From Candidatus Omnitrophota bacterium (lineage in GTDB: Bacteria; Omnitrophota; Gorgyraeia; Pluralincolimonadales; Pluralincolimonadaceae): a stretch of 64,000 nt of DNA. The translations under genes were made by a program, and so were the position numbers. This document shows, piece by piece, positions 1 through 8,427 of this stretch; position 1 is the stretch's first letter; the number at the start of each line of letters is the position of its first letter. Where the stretch lies: contig PLNR01000009.1 of NCBI GenBank assembly GCA_003141835.1, positions 72,307-136,306 of the forward strand. The letters run 5' to 3'. The notes beneath the pieces were generated by a model, which was not told where the DNA came from, ran no database searches, and saw only the letters and a program-made list of their open reading frames with translations.

Positions 1-349
1 TTTTCAATATACCCTTCTCCTGGCGCTCGAGGACGTATAAGGCCCTCACGAGCGGCAGGCCTGACCCGATAAGCGTGGCCAGCTGCCTGGTAAAGACGGT
101 CACCTGTTTTTGGCTTACGCCGCCCAACGTAAGGTTCAGTAAGGACTCTTTAGCCGGGGCAGAAGTGCCTTCGCGCAGGTCTTTGCTTGCTCCGGGAGAG
201 GCTGTTTTCGACTTCTCCTCGCTTACACTTACCGGATAAAGACCCTTCTGGCGGAGCTGGGTGACCACCTCGTCGTTAGAGTTGACCTCGAGCTTGCCTT
301 TTGTCTCTTTCCCGTCTTTGTCGATCGCTACGTAATTGAATATTGCCAT
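1..349 (-). CDS. pilC: Type IV pilus platform protein PilC/GspF (5' part; runs off window)
   Basis: Not in ORF track. Manual translation from ATG at 349: MAIFNYVAIDKDGKETKGKLEV...VFTRQLATLIGSGLPLVRAL, the typical PilC N-terminus. GGAGGGG RBS upstream. Confidence 0.9.
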   Translation of the reverse strand, partial: MAIFNYVAIDKDGKETKGKLEVNSNDEVVTQLRQKGLYPVSVSEEKSKTASPGASKDLREGTSAPAKESLLNLTLGGVSQKQVTVFTRQLATLIGSGLPLVRALYVLERQEKGILK

Positions 350-379
350 AGCTGTAGTTCCCCTCCCGCTTACAAAGCA

Positions 380-408
380 AGTATACCCTATAAGTTACCG
401 AAAATCAA
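380..408 (-). promoter_or_regulatory. Putative sigma70 promoter for pilC
   Basis: TTGATT-17 bp-TATACT on minus strand. Confidence 0.55.
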
Positions 409-2138
409 AGTATCGCGGACTGGGCTTCCTTAAGGACCTCTTCGGCCGAAGTGGCGCCCAGAAATATCTTCTCGATGCCGTCGCTAAGGAGGGTCTTCAT
501 TCCGGCCTCTATCGCGGCATCTCTTATAAGCGCAGTATGGGCTTTTTCTATGACCAAAGCCCTGATCTTGTCGTTAAGGACGAGAAGTTCGAATAAGCCC
601 GTCCTCCCCTTGTATCCGGAATTATTGCATTTTACGCATCCGGCTCCCCTGTAAAATTTCTTTCCCGCCGCCATTTCGGGTGTTATCCCCAGGTCGGATA
701 GCATCTCCGGCTCGGGTGTATATTCCTCCTTGCAGAACTCGCATATCTTCCTGACGAGGCGCTGCGCCAGTACGGCCTCGAGCGTCGAGGTCACGAGGAA
801 CGGCTCCACGCCCATATCTATAAGCCTGGTGATCGTGCCGGACGCGTCGTTGGTGTGTATGGTCGAGAAGACGAGATGCCCGGTCAACGAGGCCTGGATG
901 GCTATCTGGGCCGTCTCGGCGTCGCGGATCTCGCCGACCATGATTATATCCGGGTCCTGCCTCAAGATGTGGCGCAGCGACGACGCGAAGGTAAGGCCGA
1001 TCTTGGCGTTTATCGGCACCTGGATAACGCCCTTGAGGTCGTACTCGACCGGGTCCTCGGTCGTGATGACCTTATATTCTATCTTGTTTATCTCTTTCAT
1101 GCATCCATACAAGGTGGTCGTCTTTCCGCAGCCGGTCGGGCCGGTAGCGAGGATTATTCCGTTGGGCTTGATGATCAGGGTGCGTATCCTTTTCTTCGTA
1201 TCCTCGAGCATCCCGACATCATCGATGGAAAGGCTGACCACCGTCCTGTCGAGGACCCTCATGACGACGCTCTCGCCGAATATCGTAGGTAATGTCGAGA
1301 TCCTGAGGTCGACGCTCTTGCCTTCTATCGTGACCATGATGCGCCCGTCCTGGGGAAGCCTGCGTTCGGCTATGTCGAGGTTCGCCATGACCTTGATCCT
1401 GGATGAGAGTCCGAGACTTAAGTTCTTAGGAGGTCTTGCGACTTCATATAGGACTCCATCCACCCTGTACCTGATCCTGTAATCCTGCTCGAACGGCTCA
1501 AAATGTATGTCCGAGGCCTTCTCTTTCACGCCCTGCAGCAATATCATGTTCAACAATTTTATGACCGGGGCGCGGGAAGCGAGGTCCTGCAGTGTGGCGA
1601 TATCGGTCGACTCTTCGCCGGCCGGCAGGAGTTCCATCTTTTCGCCGAATACTCCAAGGACGTCCTGTATCGTCTCGCCCTCGCTGCCGTAATATTTCTG
1701 TATCTCCTCTTTTATCTCCTCATCGCTGGCTACGACGCCCTTGATGTTCATCCCGAGGGTAAACCGCAGGTCGTCGAAGGCTGCCACATTCAACGGATCG
1801 GCGATAGCGACGGTGAGCTGGTTCCCGTCAATGGCGACGGGAAGTATGCTATATATCTTGGCGACCGAGGCCGGGACCTTGTCGATCACTTCCTTCGGGA
1901 TCTTCACGCCCTTAAGCCTGGCTACCGAGAAGCCGGAGCGCGCGCCGAGGACCTGGAGGATATCGTCCTCTTTGACCAGGCCCATATCTATCATGATGCG
2001 GCCCAGGAGTTTACCGGTCAGTTTCTGTTCTTCGAGGGCCTGTTCCAGCTGATGGTCGTTTATAAGGCCTTTTTCAAGGAGGAGCTGGCCTACCTTCTTG
2101 TATTTATCCTGTTTAGGCGGTTCTTTTTCCGGGGCCAT
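405..2138 (-). CDS. pilB: PilB/GspE-family assembly ATPase
   Basis: MshEN-like N-terminus, ASDIHFEP, RLPQDGR, Walker A GPTGCGKTT, LRQDPDIIMVGEIRD, CxxC...CxxC. Confidence 0.92.
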   Translation of the reverse strand: MAPEKEPPKQDKYKKVGQLLLEKGLINDHQLEQALEEQKLTGKLLGRIMIDMGLVKEDDILQVLGARSGFSVARLKGVKIPKEVIDKVPASVAKIYSILPVAIDGNQLTVAIADPLNVAAFDDLRFTLGMNIKGVVASDEEIKEEIQKYYGSEGETIQDVLGVFGEKMELLPAGEESTDIATLQDLASRAPVIKLLNMILLQGVKEKASDIHFEPFEQDYRIRYRVDGVLYEVARPPKNLSLGLSSRIKVMANLDIAERRLPQDGRIMVTIEGKSVDLRISTLPTIFGESVVMRVLDRTVVSLSIDDVGMLEDTKKRIRTLIIKPNGIILATGPTGCGKTTTLYGCMKEINKIEYKVITTEDPVEYDLKGVIQVPINAKIGLTFASSLRHILRQDPDIIMVGEIRDAETAQIAIQASLTGHLVFSTIHTNDASGTITRLIDMGVEPFLVTSTLEAVLAQRLVRKICEFCKEEYTPEPEMLSDLGITPEMAAGKKFYRGAGCVKCNNSGYKGRTGLFELLVLNDKIRALVIEKAHTALIRDAAIEAGMKTLLSDGIEKIFLGATSAEEVLKEAQSAIL

Positions 2139-2139
2139 A

Positions 2140-3849
2140 TTATTCCTCGTAGCCGTGCGTTATGCGCACGACCTCAGATATCGTGGTGATCCCTTCCATG
2201 GCTTTCGAGAGGCCGTCCTCGCGCAGTAACTTCATGCCGTGCTTGCGTGCCGCATCGCGGATCTCGGGAGAAGGCAGCCTCTTTATGATCATCTCCCTTA
2301 TCTCGTCGGTGTTGAGGAGGAGTTCGAAGATCCCTATCCTGCCCCTGTATCCCGTATAATTGCAGTTCTTGCATCCGCGCCCGCGCCATAATTTTATCCC
2401 GGCCGCGGCAGGATCGCCCTGCTTATGGCCGAGCACATATAATTCCTCGAGGGTCGGTGGGTACTCTTCCTTGCAATTGTCGCAGATCTTGCGGACGAGC
2501 CGCTGCGCCATTACCGCCTGCACCGTCGAGCTGACCAGGTAAGATTTCACTCCCATGTCTATCAGGCGCGTAAAAGCGCCGGCAGCGTCGTTGGTATGGA
2601 GCGTGCTGAAGAGGAGATGCCCGGTCAGGGCCGCCTGTATCGCGATGGATGCCGTTTCGAAATCGCGGATCTCGCCGACCATTATGACGTCAGGCGCCTG
2701 CCTCAGCATCGTCCTGAGGCCCGAAGCAAAAGTCAGCCCGATCGAAGGCCTGACGTGCACCTGGTTTATCCCGGAGATCTGGTATTCGACCGGGTCCTCG
2801 ATAGTTATTAATTTTTTGTTCGGTTTATTGATATAGCTGAGCGAGGCGTATAATGTAGTGGTCTTGCCGCTTCCGGTCGGGCCGGTTATAAGCAACATCC
2901 CGTAAGGGAGATGTATCAGCCTTTCGAACGTATCCGCGTCCCCGTGGAGGAATCCCAATTCCTTAAGGCCGAGCATGAAGCTCGATTTGTCGAGGATCCT
3001 CATGACCACGCTCTCGCCGTATAATGCGGGGAGGGTCGACACACGGAGGTCGAGGTCCTTGCCCGCGCCCGAGATCCTGATCCTGCCGTCCTGCGGCAGC
3101 CTCTTCTCCGCAATATTCATACCGGCCATGATCTTCAGGCGGCTTATGATGGAAGGCTGCAGCTGTTTCGGCGGGCCCGGCACTTCGTGCAGGACGCCGT
3201 CGATCCTGTACCTTATGCGAAATTTGTCCTCGAGCGGCTCCACGTGGATATCCGAGGCGCGGTTCTTCACGGCCTCGGCAATTATCTGCGTGACGAGCTT
3301 TATTATAGGGGCTTCCTCTTTCTCCTCTTCCTTGGCGACCTCGCCGGCCGCTCCCTTGAAAGAGACCGCTATCTCCGAGTCCTTTTTCGACGCGACCGCG
3401 TCCAGGATATTCTTGCTGCCCCCGTAATGTTTTTCGAGCGCGATAGAGAGGTTGGTCTCCGAGGTCAGGACAAAATTTAATTTACATCCGGTCAAAGCTT
3501 CGAGGTTATCCTGGGCAAGGAGGTTTATAGGATCATCGGTGCCGACGGTAAGCACGTCGTTTTCGTATTTCAGGGGTATCATCCTGTGCCGGTAAGCGAT
3601 GTTCGGCTTTACTTTCTGGAGCACGTCGAACGGTATCTCCATATCGAAGATCGGGGAACGGGCGAGGGAGAATTCCTGGACGATGAGGTCCCTAAGCTGT
3701 TCTATTTTTAAGAAACCTATACCTGCGAGGATCTCGGAGAGGCGGCCGCCTGATTCGACCTGGGTCTTTAGGATGTTCTTAACCTGGGATTCTTCCAGGA
3801 TCCCTATAGACCTGACGTATTCGGCTATGAGCCTGCTTTTATTCAGCAA
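2140..3849 (-). CDS. pilB: PilB/GspE-family assembly ATPase
   Basis: ASDIHVEP, GPTGSGKTT, LRQAPDVIMVGEIRD, GHLLFSTLHTN, tetracysteine motif. Confidence 0.9.
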   Translation of the reverse strand: MLNKSRLIAEYVRSIGILEESQVKNILKTQVESGGRLSEILAGIGFLKIEQLRDLIVQEFSLARSPIFDMEIPFDVLQKVKPNIAYRHRMIPLKYENDVLTVGTDDPINLLAQDNLEALTGCKLNFVLTSETNLSIALEKHYGGSKNILDAVASKKDSEIAVSFKGAAGEVAKEEEKEEAPIIKLVTQIIAEAVKNRASDIHVEPLEDKFRIRYRIDGVLHEVPGPPKQLQPSIISRLKIMAGMNIAEKRLPQDGRIRISGAGKDLDLRVSTLPALYGESVVMRILDKSSFMLGLKELGFLHGDADTFERLIHLPYGMLLITGPTGSGKTTTLYASLSYINKPNKKLITIEDPVEYQISGINQVHVRPSIGLTFASGLRTMLRQAPDVIMVGEIRDFETASIAIQAALTGHLLFSTLHTNDAAGAFTRLIDMGVKSYLVSSTVQAVMAQRLVRKICDNCKEEYPPTLEELYVLGHKQGDPAAAGIKLWRGRGCKNCNYTGYRGRIGIFELLLNTDEIREMIIKRLPSPEIRDAARKHGMKLLREDGLSKAMEGITTISEVVRITHGYEE

Positions 3850-5036
3850 ATCCCTGTCTCTCCCCTTTTATGCTCCTGCGCGCTCCGGCGCGCTGCAGCA
3901 TCAGCCTCGCGGCGGACGGCCGAGAACGGGACCTTTTTCAGTTTCGCGGCCCTTTTGCAATCTTCGTATTCCGGAGAACAAATACTAATTACGTTTTTCC
4001 AAGAGCCAACCTTCACCTTTATATTACCATATTTTGTGTTTACTTCAACTATTTTACGCTTAAGTTTCCGGCGTCCGGCCGTATGCCTCCTTATGCCGAA
4101 TGTGGGCGTCTCTTCAAAGATGATCCCGGAGAGCGTCTCGGCCGTTTGCGGCTCGGAGACGACCGTCAATACGCAGGCCGGCCGCGATTTTTTCATGATC
4201 ACCGGCGTTATATAAACATCCAACGCGCCGGCCTCAAAAAGCCTCTCGATGATATACTCGTATATTTGGGGGTTCATATCATCGATGTTAGCCTCCAATA
4301 CCGTGACGACATCCGCATCGCCGTCCGCCTGCCGTTCTCCTATTATCGACTTGAGCAGGTTCGGCCTGTCCGGGATATCGCGGCTTCCGGCGCCGTATCC
4401 GGCCCTGAGGACCTTCATCGGCGGTATATCGTCCTGCGGCCTCGAAAATGTCTTAAGGAGCGAAGCTCCCGTCGGCGTCACCAATTCGAAAGGAACGCCG
4501 GCTATGGAGATATCGATCCCCTGCAACAGGTAGGCCGTGGCAGGAGCGACATTTGCCACTGCCAGGCGCGAAGAATATATCTCGTCGATGCCCAACTCTT
4601 CCAGCGCGATACAGGCGCCGACTATATCGACCACGGAATCTATATCACCCACTTCGTGGAAATGCACTTTCTCTACTGGAACGCCGTGGGCCCTGCTCTC
4701 CGCTTTCGCGAGATTGTTGAAAACGGCGACTGACATCTCCTTGACCCGGGCCGAGAGGCCCGATGACTTTATCGCCTTCACGATGCCTTTGAATGTCTTG
4801 TCATCCGTATGTTCGTGCCCGCGGCGCTTTTTATATATGACGTCGAATTTCACGCCTGATACGCCGGCGCGCGAGACTTTACGCGCCCCCAATTTATAAT
4901 CGCCTATCTTCATCTTGCGCAGCTGCGAGCCGAGGCGCTTGATATCCAGGCCGCAATCTATGAGCGACCCCAGGAACATATCGCCGCTTATCCCGCTTGG
5001 GCAATCAAGGTATAATATTTTTTTGGGATGGGTCAT
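3843..5036 (-). CDS. larC: Nickel pincer cofactor biosynthesis protein LarC
   Basis: YLDCPSGISGDMFLG, VHFHEVG, ELVTPTGA, GYGAG, LEANIDDM, MKKSRP, PEYEDC. Confidence 0.9.
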   Translation of the reverse strand: MTHPKKILYLDCPSGISGDMFLGSLIDCGLDIKRLGSQLRKMKIGDYKLGARKVSRAGVSGVKFDVIYKKRRGHEHTDDKTFKGIVKAIKSSGLSARVKEMSVAVFNNLAKAESRAHGVPVEKVHFHEVGDIDSVVDIVGACIALEELGIDEIYSSRLAVANVAPATAYLLQGIDISIAGVPFELVTPTGASLLKTFSRPQDDIPPMKVLRAGYGAGSRDIPDRPNLLKSIIGERQADGDADVVTVLEANIDDMNPQIYEYIIERLFEAGALDVYITPVIMKKSRPACVLTVVSEPQTAETLSGIIFEETPTFGIRRHTAGRRKLKRKIVEVNTKYGNIKVKVGSWKNVISICSPEYEDCKRAAKLKKVPFSAVRREADAAARRSAQEHKRGETGIC

Positions 5037-5782
5037 TTATTTATGAGCCCCGCGAAATATCCCGCGCCGAAACCGTTATCGATATTCATCACGCACACCC
5101 CGGGCGCGCAGGAATTCAACATCGTTAAAAGCGACGACAGCCCGCCGAATGAAGCCCCGTATCCCACCGACGTCGGCACGGCGATGACCGGGCAGGCGAC
5201 GAGCCCGCCGACGATCGAGGCGAGCGCCCCCTCCATCCCTGCGACGACTATTATGACCTTAGCTTTCTTCAGGAGCGGTATGCTGCCGACGACCCTGTGT
5301 ATGCCGGCGACGCCGACATCGTAAAGCCGCGCCGTCCGGTTACCGAGGAGCTCGAGGGTCAACGCCGCCTCCTCCGCGACAGGGATATCCGACGTGCCGG
5401 CGGTCACGATGAGGACCTCGTCCTTCCCGGGCCTCGGCTTTTTTTTAGCGAAATATATCATCCTGGCATCCTCGTTGAACTTCAAGCCGGGGATGACGGC
5501 GCAAAGATACCTGTATAATTCGGGCGAGGCCTTCGTGATGAGGAGCGTATTGCCGCTGGCGATGATGCGCTGCGCTATCTCGGCGATATCGCGGTCTTTC
5601 TTGCCCGGCGCGAATATGACTTCGGGGAAACCCTTGCGGACAGCGCGGTGGAAATCGATCTTGGCAAAACCCATGTCGTGGAAAGGAAAATGCTCGAGCT
5701 TCTTGAAAGCGGCCCTTTTGGAGATCCTGCCGTCCTTAAGGTGAGAGAGCACTTTTTTTATCGAATGTTTGGAATAATCCAT
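5033..5782 (-). CDS. larB: Nickel pincer cofactor biosynthesis protein LarB (AIR carboxylase-like)
   Basis: GFPEVIF, TAGTSDIPVAEEA, DVGVAGIHR, AGMEGAL, PTSVGYG, NIDNGFGA. Confidence 0.93.
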   Translation of the reverse strand: MDYSKHSIKKVLSHLKDGRISKRAAFKKLEHFPFHDMGFAKIDFHRAVRKGFPEVIFAPGKKDRDIAEIAQRIIASGNTLLITKASPELYRYLCAVIPGLKFNEDARMIYFAKKKPRPGKDEVLIVTAGTSDIPVAEEAALTLELLGNRTARLYDVGVAGIHRVVGSIPLLKKAKVIIVVAGMEGALASIVGGLVACPVIAVPTSVGYGASFGGLSSLLTMLNSCAPGVCVMNIDNGFGAGYFAGLINK

Positions 5783-5787
5783 GGTGC

Positions 5788-6183
5788 CTATCTTCTTAAA
5801 AGTATCACCGCCACTAAAAGGACGATCAAAACGAACGCGAGTATATAGAAATCGTTGAAATAAACGAAATCCCTTATCCTGTCGAATGCAGAGTATCCGG
5901 CCTTCTTCTCTTCTTTCTGCGCCGGCCTGATGTCGAGGATCGGGACAGACTGGTGCTTGATTATGCGTATCCTGCTGCGCAGGGCATCGACCTGGCTCTT
6001 CCTGAACCTCAGGTATTCGCCGCCGATCCTGTAAGCCGGTATCTTCCCTTCGGCGACAAAACGCCTGAGCTCTTCCTCGCTCAAGTCGAGGATATCAGCG
6101 GCGTCATGGAGGCTTATGAGCTTCTCCCTTTCGGCCGGGGTATCGGATGCCTTATTTAATTCGTTCCGATGCAATCCATTCAT
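5788..6183 (-). CDS. Excisionase/BldC-like HTH protein with C-terminal transmembrane helix
   Basis: LISLHDAADILDLSEEELRRFVAEGKIPAYRIGGEYLRF (HTH_17-like); C-terminal hydrophobic ILAFVLIVLLVAVILL. Start uncertain (overlaps upstream gene by 32 bp). Confidence 0.75.
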   Translation of the reverse strand: MNGLHRNELNKASDTPAEREKLISLHDAADILDLSEEELRRFVAEGKIPAYRIGGEYLRFRKSQVDALRSRIRIIKHQSVPILDIRPAQKEEKKAGYSAFDRIRDFVYFNDFYILAFVLIVLLVAVILLRR

Positions 6184-6685
6184 CTATTTTCGCTTTATCA
6201 AAATGCAGCCTGTCGCCTTCCCTTATCGCCGGCAGCTTCCCGCTGACCGCCCAATCCCTGACGACCGATGAATCGACCTCGAGATACCTCGCGACCTCTT
6301 CCACTTCCATCAGTTCGGCCGCGGCCTGCGATGAGGCCCTTCCGCCGGAGACCATCTGGCAATTGCCGTTAAGGACGGCTCCCTTGCTTATCTCCAGGAG
6401 CGGCGTCTTTATGTTCCCGTCAACGCGCGCCGGCGAGATGAGTTTCAGGGATTTTTTCGCGACCACTTCGCCGGTCACCCTTCCCGCAATGGTTATCTCG
6501 TCTCCGACGATGTTCGCGTTCACGAACGCCTTCTCTCCGATGGTGAGCGTCCCTTTCGTGTCAAGCGTGCCTTCAAACCTACCGTTTATCTGCAGGTTCA
6601 CCGGGTCCTTGAAAGACATCGTTCCCTGCATGCTGGCATCGACATCCAATATCTTCTCTTCCGTCTTCTTACCTTTGCCTAGCAT
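6152..6685 (-). CDS. Bactofilin (polymer-forming cytoskeletal) domain fused to C-terminal excisionase-like HTH
   Basis: LQINGRFEGTL...LTIGEKAFVNANI...GRVTGEV...GAVLNGNCQM beta-helix pattern, then LMEVEEVARYLEVDSSVVRDWAVSGKLPA. Confidence 0.85.
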   Translation of the reverse strand: MLGKGKKTEEKILDVDASMQGTMSFKDPVNLQINGRFEGTLDTKGTLTIGEKAFVNANIVGDEITIAGRVTGEVVAKKSLKLISPARVDGNIKTPLLEISKGAVLNGNCQMVSGGRASSQAAAELMEVEEVARYLEVDSSVVRDWAVSGKLPAIREGDRLHFDKAKIDEWIASERIK

Positions 6686-6709
6686 CTTGACACACCCCCT
6701 CTCGTGCCT

Positions 6710-7393
6710 TTATGAATCGGTCAACACCGACCAATCGGCCTTCTTGACCCCGTCCAGCCCGCGTACCTTCGAAAGGATCTCGTTATCGTGTTCGTTCGTC
6801 AATAGTTTTACGCTGATCTTTATGATGAGGTCCTCGGAAGACGAGGATTTTTTCACGTCGAAATCTTTTATCTCAACGTCGTACTCGGAAAGCAGCGCCC
6901 GTATCTCCTGGAGCTGCGATGCGCCGGCTTTCGTATCTATCTCGAGGGTCTTGTACCAGTCCCTCCTTATCATGACCCTCTCGACCCTGTTGAGGAAGAA
7001 AAGGGCGGCTAAGACTAAAAGCGTCGTAAAAGCGGCGGGCGCATACATCCCCGCGCCGACCGCGAGGCCGAGGCCGGCAACTGTCCAGAGGCTTGCAGCC
7101 GTGGTAAGGCCGCGGACAGAGGCCTTAAATCTTATTATCGTGCCGGCGCCGAGAAAACCTATACCGCTGACGACCTGCGCCGCTATCCGGCCCGGGTCTA
7201 CGGCGGCATGGCCCCTGTAGATGTCGAAGATATACATCGAAGTGAGCATCATGAGGGCTGAACCTACGCCGACCAGGATGTGCGTCCTGAAGCCTGCGAG
7301 CCTCCCGTGCACTTCGCGCTCGTAACCGATGAGTCCGCTTAAGACCGCCGCAATAAGCAACCTTAACATCATATCCAAATCGCTAAGTCCCAT
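6710..7393 (-). CDS. MgtC/SapB family membrane protein
   Basis: GYEREVHGRLAGFRTH, DPGRIAAQVVSGIGFLGAG, GLTTAASLW. Confidence 0.92.
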   Translation of the reverse strand: MGLSDLDMMLRLLIAAVLSGLIGYEREVHGRLAGFRTHILVGVGSALMMLTSMYIFDIYRGHAAVDPGRIAAQVVSGIGFLGAGTIIRFKASVRGLTTAASLWTVAGLGLAVGAGMYAPAAFTTLLVLAALFFLNRVERVMIRRDWYKTLEIDTKAGASQLQEIRALLSEYDVEIKDFDVKKSSSSEDLIIKISVKLLTNEHDNEILSKVRGLDGVKKADWSVLTDS

Positions 7394-7405
7394 TGCCCTC
7401 TCCTT

Positions 7406-8422
7406 CTAGATGCCGAGGTTAGGTTCAGCTGTCAGGTCCAGACCGGACCTTTTGCCTTTTTTATATAACAGGTACCCGGTCGAGGCGATCATCGCGCCGT
7501 TATCGAGCGAAAGACGCATCGGCGGGAATATGACCTCTATCCCGTCCCTTGCGCCGGCTTCTGTAAGCTCTTTCCTTAAAAGCCTGTTGGCGCTCACGCC
7601 TCCGCCTACGATGAGGCGATCTATCTTCTTTTTTCCGCTTTCGCGGGACTTTGCTACACAGGCGGATACCGCTTTTTCAACGACCGCTCCGATCGCTGCC
7701 TTCTGGAAACTCGCCGCGATATCCGCGGTCATCTCCGCAGTGAGCTTCCGGCCTTTCACATGATATAATACCGCAGTTTTTATCCCGCTGAAACTAAAAT
7801 CGTATGAATCATCCCCGAGATAAGGCAAAGTGAATTTTACCGCATCCGGATCGCCGCGCCGCGCCGCCTTTTCGATCGCCGGCCCGCCGGGATAACCCAG
7901 CCCGAGTATTTTTGCGGCTTTGTCGAACGCTTCGCCTATCGCGTCGTCCCTGGTCTGGCCGAGCAGCCTGAACCTGCCTATATCTTCGCAAAGTACGAGG
8001 CTTGTATGCCCGCCGGAAACTACAAGGCCCATGACAGGGAATTTAATATCCGGACGGCCGATGAGCCCGGAGTAGATATGCGCCCAAAGATGGTTCACTC
8101 CCACTACCGGTATACCGAGGGAATAGCCGAGGGATTTTGCGAACGATATCCCGACGAGGAGTGCGCCGACCAGGCCGGGCCCCTGGGTCACCGCGACCAG
8201 GTCGATATCTTCCAGCGTTACGCCGGCTGCCTTGAGGGAATCCTTTACGACATAATCGATGACTTCAAGGTGATAACGCGTGGCTATCTCCGGGACCACG
8301 CCGCCGTATTTCTTGTGGAATTCGAGGGAAGAGGCGATAGTGTCGGAGATGACCTCGTTACCGTCCTTCACTACGCTGGCGCCCGTCTCGTCGCATGATG
8401 TCTCGATGCCGAGGACAAGCAT
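7406..8422 (-). CDS. tsaD: tRNA N6-threonylcarbamoyltransferase TsaD
   Basis: LGIETSCDETG, GGVVPE, HLWAH, SGGHT, DDAIGEAFDK, FSFSGIKT, DNGAMI. Confidence 0.96.
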   Translation of the reverse strand: MLVLGIETSCDETGASVVKDGNEVISDTIASSLEFHKKYGGVVPEIATRYHLEVIDYVVKDSLKAAGVTLEDIDLVAVTQGPGLVGALLVGISFAKSLGYSLGIPVVGVNHLWAHIYSGLIGRPDIKFPVMGLVVSGGHTSLVLCEDIGRFRLLGQTRDDAIGEAFDKAAKILGLGYPGGPAIEKAARRGDPDAVKFTLPYLGDDSYDFSFSGIKTAVLYHVKGRKLTAEMTADIAASFQKAAIGAVVEKAVSACVAKSRESGKKKIDRLIVGGGVSANRLLRKELTEAGARDGIEVIFPPMRLSLDNGAMIASTGYLLYKKGKRSGLDLTAEPNLGI

Positions 8423-8427
8423 TATCC

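Noticed and set aside
5788-6685. Prophage excisionase remnant
   Set aside because: No integrase, att site or phage genes; host-like composition; HTHs are fused to cellular domains.
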